This document shows, piece after piece, positions 1-13,500 of a stretch of DNA of 64,000 nucleotides. Both the position numbers and the translations under genes were made by a program. How positions within the stretch are numbered: the first letter of the stretch is position 1; each line of letters begins with the position of its first letter. Under the pieces are notes generated by a model. That model searched no databases. It saw only the letters and a program-made list of their open reading frames with translations, and had not been told where the DNA came from. Source of the stretch: Eledone cirrhosa. Lineage: Eukaryota. The stretch lies in the NCBI GenBank assembly GCA_964016885.1, contig OZ024746.1, positions 52,142,001 to 52,206,000 on the forward strand, read 5' to 3'.

Positions 1-3000
1 GGTATAGAATGGTGTATATAGGTGTGTGTTGTATGGTATGGAATTCTATGTATTTGGTATGTTATACTTAGTATGGAGTAGTGTATGGCATAGACTGGTG
101 TATATAGGTGTGTGTTGTATGGTATGGAATGCTATGTATTGGGTATGTTATACTTTGTATGGAGTAGTGTATGGTATCGAATGGTGTAGATAGGTGTCTG
201 TTGTATGGTATGGAATGCTATGAATTGGGTATGTTATATTTAGTATGGAGTAAGGTATGGTATAGAATGGTGTATATAGGTGTGTGTTGTATGGTATGGA
301 ATTCTATGAATTGGGTATGTTATATTTAGTATGGAGTAATGTATGGTATAGAATGGTGTATATAGGTGTGTGTTGTATGGTATGGAATTCTATGTATTGG
401 GTATGTTTTATTTAGTATGGAGTAGTGTATGGCATAGACTGGTGTATATAGGTGTGTGTTGTATGGTATGGAATGCTATGTATTGGGAATGTTATACTTT
501 GTATGGAGTAGTGTATGGTATAGAATGGTGTATATAGGTGTGTGTTGTATGGTATGGAATTCTATGAATTGTGTATGTTATATTTAGTATGGAGTAGTGT
601 ATGGTATAGAATGGTGTATATAGGTGTGTGTTGTATGGAATTCTATGTATTGGGTATGTTATACTTAGTATGGAGTAGTGTATGGTATAGAATGGTGTAT
701 ATAGTTGTGTGTTGTATGGTATGGAATTCTATGTATTGGGTATGTTATATTTAGTATGGAGTAGTGTATGGCATAGACTGGTGTATATAGGTGTGTGTTG
801 TATGGTATGGAATGCTATGTATTGGGTATGTTATACTTTGTATGGAGTAGTGTATGGTATAGAATTGTGTATATAGGTGTGTGTTGTATGGTATGGAATT
901 CTATGAATTGTGTATGTTATATTTAGTATGGAGTAGTGTATGGTATAGAATGGTGTATATAGGTGTGTGTTGTATGGAATTCTATGTATTGGGTATGTTA
1001 TACTTAGTATGGAGTAGTGTATGGTATAGAATGGTGTATATAGGTGTGTGTTGTATGGTATGGAATTCTATGTATTGGGTATGTTATACTGAGTATGGAT
1101 TAGTGTGTGGTATAGAATGGTGTATATAGGTGTCTGTTGTATGGTATGGAATTCAATGTATTGTTATGTTATACTTAGAATGGAGTAGTGTATGGCATAG
1201 AATGGTGTATATAGGTGTGTGCTGTATGGTATGGAATTCTATGTATTGGGTATGTTATACTTTGTATGGAGTAGTGTATGGTATAGAATGGTGTATATAG
1301 ATGTGTGTTGTATGGTATGGAATTTTATCTATTGGGTATGTTATACTTAATATGGAGTAGTGTATGGTATAGAATGCTGTATATATGTGTGTGTTGTATG
1401 GTATGGAATTCTATGTATGAGGTATGTTATACTGAGTATGGAGTAGTGTATGGTATCGAATGGTGTATATAGGTGTGTGTTGTATGGTATCGAATGTTGT
1501 ATATAGGAGTGTGTTGTATGGTATGGAATTCTATGAATTGGGTATGTTATATTTAGTATGGAGTAGTGTATGGTATAGAATGGTGTATATAGGTGTGTGT
1601 TGTATGGTATGGAATTCTATATATTGGGTATGTTATACTTAGTATGGAGTAGTGTATGGCATAGACTTGTGTATATAGGTGTGTGTTGTATGGTATGGAA
1701 TGCTATGTATTGGGTATGTTATACTTAGTATGGAGTAGAGTATGGTATAGAATGGTGTATATAGGTGTGTGTTGTATGGTATGGAATTCTATGTATTGGT
1801 TATGTTATATTTAGTATGGAGTAGTGTATGGCATAGAATGGTGTATTACGGTGTATGTTGTATGGTATGGAATTCTATGTATTGGGTATGTTATACTTAG
1901 TATGGAGTAGTGTATGGTATAGTATGGTGTATATAGGTGTGTCTTGTATGGTAAGGAATTCTATGTATTGGGTATGTTATACTTTGAATAGAGTAGTGTA
2001 TGGCATAGGCTGGTGAATATAGGTGTGTGTTGTATGTTATGGAATGCTATGTATTGGGTATGTTATACTTTGTATGGAGTAGTGTATGGTATAGAATGGT
2101 GTATATAGGTGTGTGTTGTATGGTATGGAATTCTATGTATTGGGTATGTTATAGTTAGTATGGAGTAGTGTATGGTATAGAATGGTGTATATAGGTGTGT
2201 GTTGTATGGTATGGAATTCTATGTATTAGGTACGTTATATTGAGTATGGAGTAGTGTATGGTATAGAATGGTGTATATAGGTGTGTGTTGTATGGTATGG
2301 AATTCTATATATTGGGTATGTTATACTTAATATGGAGTAGTGTATGGTATAGAATGGTGTATATATGTGTGTGTTGTATGGTATGGAATTCTATGTATTA
2401 GGTATGTTATACTGAGTATGGAGTAGTGTATGGTATAGATTGGTGTATATAGGTGCGTGTTGTATGGTATGGAATTCTATGTATTGGTTATGTTATATTA
2501 AGTATGGAGTAGTGTATGGCATAAAATGGTGTATATAGGTGTGTGTTGTATGGTATGGAATTCTATGTATTGGGTATGTTATACTTTGAATAGAGTAGTG
2601 TATGGTATAGAATGGTGTATATAGATGTGTGCTGTATGGTATGGAATTCTATGTATTAGGTATGTTATACTGAGTATGGATTAGTGTATGGTATAGAATG
2701 GTGTATATAGGTGTGTGTTGTATGGTATGGAATTCTATGAATTGGGTATGTTATATTTAGTATGGAGTAGTGTATGGTATAGAATGGTGTATATAGGTGT
2801 GTGTTGTATGGTATGGAATTCTATGTATTGGGTATGTTATACTTAGTATGGAGTAGTGTATGGCATAGACTGGTGTATATAGGTGTGTGTTGTATGGAAT
2901 GGAATGCTATGAATTGGGTATGTTATACTTTGTATGGAGTAGCGTATGGTATAGAATGGTGTATATAGCTGTGTGTCGTATGGTATGGAATTCTATGTAT

Positions 3001-5869
3001 TGGTTATGTTATATTTAGTATGGAGTAGTGTATGGCATAGAATGGTGTATAGAGGTGTGTGTTGTATGGTATGGAATTCAATGTATTGGGTATGTTATAC
3101 TTAGTATGAAGTAGTGAATGGTATAGTATGGTGTATATAGGTGTGTCATGTATGGCAAGGAATTCTATGTGTTGGGTATGTTATACTTTGAATAGAGTAG
3201 TGTATGGTATAGAATGGTGTATATAGATGTGTGTTGAATGGTATGGAATTTTATGTATTTGGTATGTTATACTTAATATGGAGTAGTGTATGGTATAAAA
3301 TGCTGTATATATGTGTGTGTTGTATGGTATGGAATTCTATGTATTGTGTATGTTATATTTTGTATGGTGTAGTGTATGGTATAGAATGGTGTATATAGGT
3401 GTGTGTTGTATGGTATGGAATTCTATGTATTGGGTATGTTATACTGAATATGGAATAGTGTATGGTATAGAATGGTGTATATAGGTGTATGTTGTAAGGT
3501 ATGGAATTCTATGTATTCGGTATGTTATAATTTGTATGGAGTAGTGTATGGTATATAATGGTGTATATACGTGTGTGTAGTATGGTATGGATTTCTATGT
3601 ATTGGTTATGTTATACTTAGTATGGAGTAGTGTATGGTATAGAATGGTGTATATAGGTGTGTGTCGTATGGTATGGAATTCTATGTATTGGTTATGTTAT
3701 ATTTATTATGGAGTAGTGTATGGCATAGAATGGTGTATATAGGTGTGTGTTGTATGGTATGGAATTCTATGTATTGGGTATGTTTTACTTAGTATGGAGT
3801 AGTGTATGGCATAGAATGGTGTATATAGGTGTGTGTGGTATGGTATGGAATTCTATGTATTGGGTATGTTATACTTTGTATGGAGTAGTGTATGGTATAG
3901 AATGGTGTATATAGGTGTGTGTTGTATGGTATGGAATTCTATGTATTAGGTATGTTATACTGAGTATTGAGTAGTGTATGGTATATAATGGTGTATATAG
4001 GTGTGTATTATATGGTATGGAATTCTATGTATTGGGTATGTTATACTGAGTATGGAGTAGTGTATGGTATAGAATGGTGTATATAGGTATGTATTGTACG
4101 GTATGGAATTCTATGTATTACGTATGTTATACTGAGTATGGAGTAGTGTATGGTATAGAATGGTGTATATAGGTGTGTGTTGTATGGTATGGAATTCTAT
4201 GAATTGGGTATGTTATATTTAGTATGGAGTAGTGTATGGTATAGAATGGTGTATATAGGTGTGTCTTGTATGGTATGGAATTTTATGTATTGGGTATGTT
4301 ATACTTTGAATAGAGTAGTGTATGGTATAGAATGGTATATATAGATGTGTGTTGTATGGTATGGAATTCTATGTATTGGGGATGTTATATTTAGTATGGA
4401 GTAGTGTATGGCATAGACTGGTGTATATAGGTGTGTGTTGTATGGTATGGAATTCTATGTATTGCGCATGTTATACTTTGTATGGAGTAGTGTATGGTAT
4501 AGAATGGTGTAAATAGGTGTGTGTTGTATGGTATGGAATTCTATGTATTGGGTATGTTATACTTAGTATGGAGTAGTGTATGGTATAGAATGGTGTATAT
4601 AAGTGTGTGTTGTATGGTATGGAATTCTATGAATTGGGTATGTTATATTTAGTATGGAGTAGTGTATGGAATAGAATGGAGTGTATAGGTGTGTCTTGTA
4701 TGGTATGGAATTCTATGTATTGGGTATGTTATACTTTGAATAGAGTAGTGTATGGTATAGAATTGTATATATAGATGTGTGTTGTATGGTATGGAATTCT
4801 ATGTATTGGGTATGTTATACTGTGTATGGAGTAGTGTATGGTATAGAATGGTGTATATAGGTGTGTGTTGTATGGTATCGAATTCTATGTATTGTGTATG
4901 TTATACTTTGTATGGAGTAGTGTATGGTCTAGAATGGTGTATATAGGTGTGTGTTGTATGGTATGGAATTCTATGTATTGGTTATGGCATACTTAGTATG
5001 GAGTAGTGTATAGCATAGAATGGTGTATATAGGTGTGTGTTGTATGGTATGCAATTCTATGTATTGGGTATGTTATACTTAGTATGGAGTAGTGTATGGT
5101 ATAGAATGTTGTATATAGGTGTGTCGTGTATGGTAAGGAATTCTATGTATTGGGTATGTTATACTTTGAATAGAGTAGTGTATGTTATAGAATGGTGTAT
5201 ATAGGTGTGTGTTGTATGGTATGGAATTCAATGTATTGTTATGTTATACTTAGTATGGAGTAGTGTATGGCATATAATGGTGTATATAGGTGTGTGTTGT
5301 ATGGTATGGAATTCTATGTATTCGGTATGTTATACTTTGTATGGAGTAGTGTATGGTATAGAATGGTGTATATAGATGTGTGTTGTATGGTATGGAATTT
5401 TATGTATTGGGTATGTTATACTTAATATGGAGTAGTGTATGGTATAGAATGCTGTACATATGTGTGTGTTGTATGGTATGGAATTCTATGTATTGGGTAT
5501 GTTATACTTAGTATGCAGTAGTGTGTGGTATAGAATGGTGTATATAGGTGTGTGTTGTATGGTATGGAATTCTATGTATTGGGTATGTTATATTGAGTAT
5601 GGAGTAGTGTATGGTATAGAATGGTGTATATTGGGGTGTGTTGTATGGTATGGAATTCTATGTATTGGGTATGTTATACTTAGTATGGAGTAGTGTATGG
5701 TATAGAATGGTGTATATAGGTGTGTGTTTTATGGTATGGATTCCATGTATTAGGTATGTTATACTGAGTATGGATTAGTGTATGGTATAGAATGGTGTAT
5801 ATAGGTGTGTGTTGTATGGTATGGAATTCTATGAAATGGGTATGTTATATTTAGTATGGAGTAGTGTAA

Positions 5870-7540
5870 GGTATAGAATGGTGTATATAGGTGTGTGTTG
5901 TATGGTATGGAATTCTATGTATTTGGTATGTTATACTTAGTATGGAGTAGTGTATGGCATAGACTGGTGTATATAGGTGTGTGTTGTATGGTATGGAATG
6001 CTATGTATTGGGTATGTTATACTTTGTATGGAGTAGTGTATGGTATAGAATGGTGTATATAGGTGTGTGTTGTATGGTATGGAATCCTATGTATTGGGTA
6101 TGTTATACTTAGTATGGAGTAGTGTATGGTATAGAATGGTGTATATAGGTGTGTGTCGTATGGTATGGAATTCTATGTATTGGTTATGTTATATTTAGTA
6201 TGGAGTAGTGTATGGCATAGAATGGCGTATATAGGTGTGTGTTGTATGGTATGGAATTCAATGTATTGGGTATGTTATACTTAGTATGGAGTAGTGTATG
6301 GTATAGAATGGTGTATATAGGTGTGTTTTGTATGGTATGGAATTCTATGTATTAGGTATGTTACACTGAGTATGGAGTAGTGTATGGTATCGAATGGTGT
6401 AGATAGGTGTGTGTTGTATGGTATGGAATGCTATCAATTGGGTATGTTATATTTAGTATGGAGTAATGTATGGTATAGAATGGTGTATATAGGTGTGTGT
6501 TGTATGGTATGGAATTCTATGAATTGGGTATGTTATATTTAGTATGGAGTAATGTATGGTATAGAATGGTGTATATAGGTGTGTGTTGTATGGTATGGAA
6601 TTCTATGTATTGGGTATGTTTTATTTAGTATGGAGTAGTGTATGGCATAGACTGGTGTATATAGGTGTGTGTTGTATGGCATGGAATGCTATGTATTGGG
6701 TATGTTATACTTTGTATGGAGTAGTGTATGGTATTGAATGGTGTATATAGGTGTGTGTTGTATGGTATGGAATTCTATGAATTGTGTATGTTATATTTAG
6801 TATGGAGTAGTGTATGGTATAGAATGGTGTATATAGGTATGTGTGGTATGGAATTCTATGTATTGGGTATGTTATACTTAGTATGGAGTAGTGTATGGTA
6901 TAGAATGGTGTATATAGTTGTGTGTTGTATGGTATGGAATTCTATGTATTGGGTATGTTATATTTCGTATGGAGTAGTGTATGGCATAGACTGGTGTATA
7001 TAGGTGTGTGTTGTATGGTATGGAATGCTATGTATTGGGTATGTTATACTTTGTATGGAGTAGTGTATGGTATAGAATGGTGTATATAGGTGTGTGTTGT
7101 ATGGAATTCTATGTATTGGGTATCTTATACTTAGTATGGAGTAGTGTATGGTATAGAATGGTGTATATAGGTGTGTGTTGTATGGTATGGAATTCTATGT
7201 ATTGGGTATGTTATACTGAGTATGGATTAGTAGGTGGTATAGAATGGTGTATATAGGTGTCTGTTGTATGGTATGGAATTCAATGTATTGTTATGTTATA
7301 CTTAGTATGGAGTAGTGTATGGCATAGAATGGTGTATATAGGTGTGTGTTGTATGGTATGGAATTCTATGTATTGGGTATGTTATACTTTGTATGGAGTA
7401 GTGTATGGTATAGAATGGTGTATATAGATGTGTGTTGTATGGTATGGAATTTTATCTATTGGGTATGTTATACTTAATATGGAGTAGTGTATGGTATAGA
7501 ATGCTGTATATATGTGTGTGTTGTATGGTATGGAATTCTA
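5870..7540. repeat. Paralogous copy of the block at about 1-1400 (offset about 5.9-6.2 kb)
   Basis: GGTATCGAATGGTGTAGATAGG at 173/6386. Both blocks also share paired GAGTAA monomers, 81-bp monomers (about 632 and 971 versus about 6841 and 7099), ATAGTTG, the GTATTGTTATG 1-bp deletion and TTTATCTATT. Confidence 0.8.
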
Positions 7541-10500
7541 TGTATTGGGTATGTTATACTTAGTATGCAGTAGTGTATGGTATAGAATGGCGTATATAGG
7601 TGTGTGTTGTATGGTATGGAATTCTATGTATTGGTTATGTTATACTTTGTATGGAGTAGTGTATGGTATAGAATGGTGTATATAGGTGTGTGTTGTATGG
7701 TATGGAATTCTATGTATTGGGTATGTTATAGTTAGTATGGAGTAGTGTATGGTATAGAATGGTGGATATAGGTGTGTGTTGTATTGCATGGAATTCTATG
7801 TATTGGGTATGTTATACTTAGTATGGAGTAGTGTATGGTATAGAATGGTGTATATTGGTGTGTGTTGTATGGTATGGAATTCTATGTATTGGGTATGTTA
7901 TACTTAGTATGGAGTAGTGTATGGTATAGAATGGTGTATATAGATGTGTGTTGTATGGTATGGAATTCTATGAATTGGGTATGTTATATTTAGTATGGAG
8001 TAGTGTATGGTATAGAATGGTGTATATAGGTGTGTGTTGTATGGTATGGAATTCTATATATTGGGTATGTTATACTTAATATGGAGTAGTGTATGGTATA
8101 GAATGGTGTATATAGGTGTGTGTTGTATGGTATGGAATTCTATGTATTAGATATGTTATACTGAGTATGGAGTAGTGTATGGTATAGATTGGTGTATATA
8201 GGTGCGTGTTGTATGGTATGGAATTTTATGTATTGGGTATGTTATACTTTGTATGGAGTAGTGTATGGTATAGAATGGTGTATATAGGTGTGTGTTGTAT
8301 TGCATGGAATTCTATGTATTGGGTATGTTATACTTAGTATGGAGTAGTGTATGGTATAGAATGGTGTATATAGGTGTGTGTTGTATGGTATGGAATTCTA
8401 TAAAATTGGGTATGTTATATTTAGTATGGAGTAGTGTATGGCATAGACTGGTGTATATAGGTGTGTGTTGTATGGTATGGAATTTTATGTATTGGGTATG
8501 TTAAACTTTGTATGGAGTAGTGTATGGTATAGAATGGTGTATATAGGTGTGTGTTGTATTGCATGGAATTCTATGTATTGGGTATGTTATACTTAGTATG
8601 GAGTAGTGTATGGCATAGACTAGTGTATATAGGTGTGTGTTGTATGGTATGGAATGCTATTAATTGGGTATGTTATACTTTGTATGGAGTAGTGTATGGT
8701 ATAGAATGGTGTATATAGGTTTGCGTTGTATGGTATGGAATTCTATGTATTGGGTATGTTATACTTAGTATGGAGTAGTGTATGGTATAGAATGGTGTAT
8801 ATAGGTGTGTGTCTTATGGTATGGAATTCTATGTATTGGTTATGTTATATTTAGTATGGAGTAGTGTATGGCATAGAATGGTGTATATAGGTGTGTGTTG
8901 TATGGTATGGAATTCTATGTATTGGGTATGTTATACTTTGAATAGAGTAGTGTATGGTATAGAATGGTGTATATAGATGTGTGCTGTATGGTATGGAATT
9001 CTATGTATTAGGTATGTTATACTGAGTATGGATTAGTGTATGGTATAGAATGGTGTATATAGGTGTGTGTTGTATGGTATGGAATTCTATAAATTTGGTA
9101 TGTTATATTTAGTATGGAGTAGTGTATGGTATAGAATGGTGTATATAGGTGTGTGTTGTATGGTATGGAATTCTATGTATTGGGTATGTTATACTTAGTA
9201 TGGAGTAGTGTATGGCATAGACTGGTGTATATAGGTGTGTGTTGTATGGAATGGAATGCTATGTATTGTGTATGTTATACTTTGTATGGAGTAGCGTATG
9301 GTATAGAATGGTGTATATAGGTGTGTGTTGTATGGTATGGAATTCTATGTATTGGGTATGTTATACTTAGTATGGAGTAGTGTATGGCATAGACTGGTGT
9401 ATATAGGTGTGTGTTGTATGGAATGGAATGCTATGTATTGGTTATGTTATATTTAGTATGGAGTAGTGTATAGCATAGAATGGTGTATATAGGTGTGTGT
9501 TGTATGGTATGGAATTCAATGTATTGGGTATGTTATACTTAGTATGAAGTAGTGAATGGTATAGTATGGTGTATATAGGTGTGTCATGTATGGCAAGGAA
9601 TTCTATGTGTTGGGTATGTTATACTTTGAATAGAGTAGTGTATGGTATAGAATGGTGTATATAGATGTGTGTTGTATGGTATGGAATTTTATGTATTGGG
9701 TATGTTATACTTAATATGGAGTAGTGTATGGTATAGAATGCTGTATATATGTGTGTGTTGTATGGTATGGCATTCTATGTATTGTGTATGTTATATTTTG
9801 TATGGAGTAGTGTATGGCATAGAATGGTGTATATAGGTGTGTGTCGTATGGTATGGAATTCTATGTATTAGGTATGTTATACTGAGTATGGATTAGTGTA
9901 AGGTATAGAATGGTGTATATAGGTGTGTGTTGTATGGTATGGAATTCTATGAATTGGGTATGTTATATTTAGTATGGAGTAGTGTATGGTATAGAATGGT
10001 GTACATAGGTGTGTGTTGTATGGTATGGAATTCTATGTATTGGGTATGTTATACTTAGTTTGGAGTAGTGTATGGCATAGACTGGTGTATATAGGTGTGT
10101 GTTGTATGGTATGGAATGCTATGTATTGGGTATGTTATAGTTTGTATGGAGTAGTGTATGGTATAGAATGGTGTATATAGGTGTGTGTCGTATGGTATGG
10201 AATTCTATGTATTGGTTATGTTATATTTAGTATGGAGTAGTGTATGGCATAGAATGGTGAATATAGGTGTGTTTTGTATGGTATGGAATTCAATGTATTG
10301 GGTATGTTATACTTAGTATGAAGTAGTGAATGGTATAGTATGGTGTATATAGGTGTATCATGTATGGTAAGGAATTCTATGTATTGGGTATGTTATACTT
10401 AGTATGGAGTAGTGTATGGTATAGAATGGTATATATATGTGTGTGTTGTATGGTATGGAATTCTATGAATTGGGTATGTTATATTTAGTATGGAGTAGTG

Positions 10501-13500
10501 TATGGTATAGAATGGTGTATATAGGTGTGTGTTGTATGGTATGGAATTCTATGTATTGGGTATGTTATACTTAGTATGGAGTAGTGTATGGCATAGAATG
10601 GTGTATATAGGTGTGTGTTGTATGGTATGGAATGCTATGTATTGGGTATGTTATACTTAGTATGGAGTAGAGTATGGTATAGAATGGTGTATATAGGTGT
10701 GTGTTGTATGGTATGGAATTCTATGTATTGGGTATGTTATACTTAGTATGGAGTAGTGTATGGTATAGTATGGTGTATATAGGTGTGTCTTGTATGGTAA
10801 GGAATTCTATGTATTGGGTATGTTATACTTTGAATAGAGTAGTGTATGGTATAGAATGGTGTATATAGGTGTGTGTTGTATGGTATGGAATTCTATGTAT
10901 TGGGTATGTGATATTTAGTATGGAGTAGTGTATGGCATAGAATGGTGAATATAGGTGTGTGTTGTATGTTATGGAATGTTATGTATTGGTTATGTTATAC
11001 TTTGTATGGAGTAGTGTATGGTATAGAATGGTGTATATAGGTGTGTGTTGTATGGTATGGAATTCTATGTTTTGGGTATGTTATAGTTAGTATGGAGTAG
11101 TGAATGGTATAGAATGGTGTATATAGGTGTGTGTTGTATGGCATGGAATTCTATGTATCGGGTATGTTATACTTAGTATGGAGTAGTGTATGGCATAGAC
11201 TGGTGTATATAGGTGTGTGTTGTATGGTATGGAATTCTATGTATTAGGTATGTTATACTGTGTATGGAGAAGTGTATGGTATAGAATGGTGTATATAGGT
11301 GTGTGATGCATGGTATCGAATTCTATGTATTGGGTATGTTATACTTTGTATGGAGTAGTGTATGGTATAGAATGGTGTGTATAGGTGTGTGTTGTATGGT
11401 ATGGAATTCTATGTATTGGTTATGTTATACTTAGTATGGAGTAGTGTATGGCTTAGAATGGTGTATATAGGGGTGTGTTGTATGGTATGGAATTCTATGT
11501 ATTGGGTATGTTATACTTAGTATGGAGTAGTGTAAGGTATAGAATGGTGTATATAGGTGTGTCTTGTATGGTATGGAATTCTATGTATTGAGTATGTTAT
11601 ACTGAGTATGAAGTAGTGTATGGTATAGAATGGTGTATATAGGTGTGTGCTGTATGGTATGGAATTCTATGTATTGGGTATGTTATACTGAGTATGAAGT
11701 AGTGTATGGTATAGAATGGTGTATATAGGTGTGTGTTGTATGGTATGGAATTCTATGTATTGTATATATTATACTGAGTATGGAGTAGTGTATGGTATAG
11801 AATGGTGTATATAGGTGTGTGTTGTATGGTATGGGATTCTATGTATTGTATATGTTATACTGAATATGGAGTAGTGTATGGTATAGAATGGTGTATATAG
11901 GTGTGTGTTGTATGGTATGCAATTCTATGTATTGGGGATGTTATATTTAGTATGGAGTAGTGTATGGCATAGACTGGTGTATATAGGTGTCTGTTGTATG
12001 GTATGGAATTCTATGTATTGCGTATGTTATACTTAGTATGGAGTAGTGTATGGCATAGACTGGTGTATATAGGTGTGTGTTGTATGGTATGGAATTCTAT
12101 GTATTGGGTATGTTATACTGTGTATGGAGTAGTGTATGGTATAGAATGGTGTATATAGGTGTGTGTTGTATGGTATCGAATTCTATGTTTTGTGTATGTT
12201 ATACTTTGTATGGAGTAGTGTATGGTATAGAATAGTGTATAGAGGTGTGTGTTGTATGGTATGGAATTCTATGTATTGGTTATGTTATACTTAGTATGGA
12301 GTAGTGTATGGCATAGAATGGTGTATATAGGTGGGTGTTGTATGGTTTGGAATTCTATGTATTGGGTATGTTATACTTAGTATGGAGTAGTGTATGGTAT
12401 AGAATGGTGTATATAGGTGTGTCTTGTATGGTAAGGAATTCTATGTATTGGGTATGTTATACTTTGAATAGAGTTGTGTTTGTTATAGAATGGTGTATAT
12501 AGATGTGTGTTGTATGGTATGGAATTTTATGTATTGGGTATGTTATACTTAATATGGAGTAGTGTATGGTATAGAATGCTGTATATATGTGTGTGTTGTA
12601 TGGTATGGAATACTGTGTATTGGGTATGTTATACTTAGTATGGAGTAGTGTATGGTATAGAATGGTGTATATAGTTGTGTGTTGTATGGTATGGAATTCT
12701 ATGTATTGGGTATGTTATACTGAGTATGGAGTAGTGTATGGTATAGAATGGTGTATATAGGTGTGTGTTGTATGGTATGGAATTCTATGTATTGGGTATG
12801 TTATACTGAGTATGGAGTAGTGTATGGTATAGAATGGTGTATATAGGTGTGTGTTGTATGGTATGGAATTCTATGTATTTGGTATGTTATACTGAGCATG
12901 GAGTAGTGTATGGTATAGAATGGTGTATATAGGTGTGTGTTGTATGGTATGGAATTCTATGTATTGGGTATGTTATACTTTGAATAGAGTAGTGTATGGT
13001 ATAGAATGGTATATATAGATGTGTGTTGTATGGTATGGAATTCTATGTATTGGGGATGTTATATTTAGTATGGAGTAGTGTATGGCATAGACTGGTGTAT
13101 ATAGGTGTGTGTTGTATGGTGTGGAATTCTATGTATTGGGTATGTTATACTTTGTATGGAGTAGTGTATGGTATAGAATGGTGTATATAGGTGTGTGTTG
13201 TATGGTATGGAATTCTATGTATTGGGTGTGTTATACTTAGTATGGAGTAGTGTATGTCATAGACTGGTGTATATAGGTGTGTGTTGTATGGTATGGAATT
13301 CTATGTATTGGGTATGTTATACTGTGTATGGAGTAGTGTATGGTATAGAATGGTGTATATAGGTGTGTGTTGTATGGTATCGAATTCTATGTATTGTGTA
13401 TGTTATACTTTGTATGGAGTAGTGTATGGTATAGAATAGTGTATATAGGTGTGTGTTGTATGGTATGGAATTCTATGTAGTGGGTATGTTATACTTCGTA

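Noticed and set aside
41-46. Regularly spaced EcoRI sites suggesting a synthetic concatemer
   Set aside because: The site is frequently mutated (GAATGC, GAATTT, GATTTC), all units are head-to-tail, and the nested variant history indicates natural evolution.
1-86. TATA-like (TATATA, TATACT), Rap1-like (ATGTATTGGGTAT), G-quadruplex and Z-DNA motifs
   Set aside because: These are expected by chance in this low-complexity composition. There is only one GGG run per monomer, the alternating purine-pyrimidine tracts are 9 bp or shorter, the Rap1 similarity needs a gap, and there is no downstream gene.
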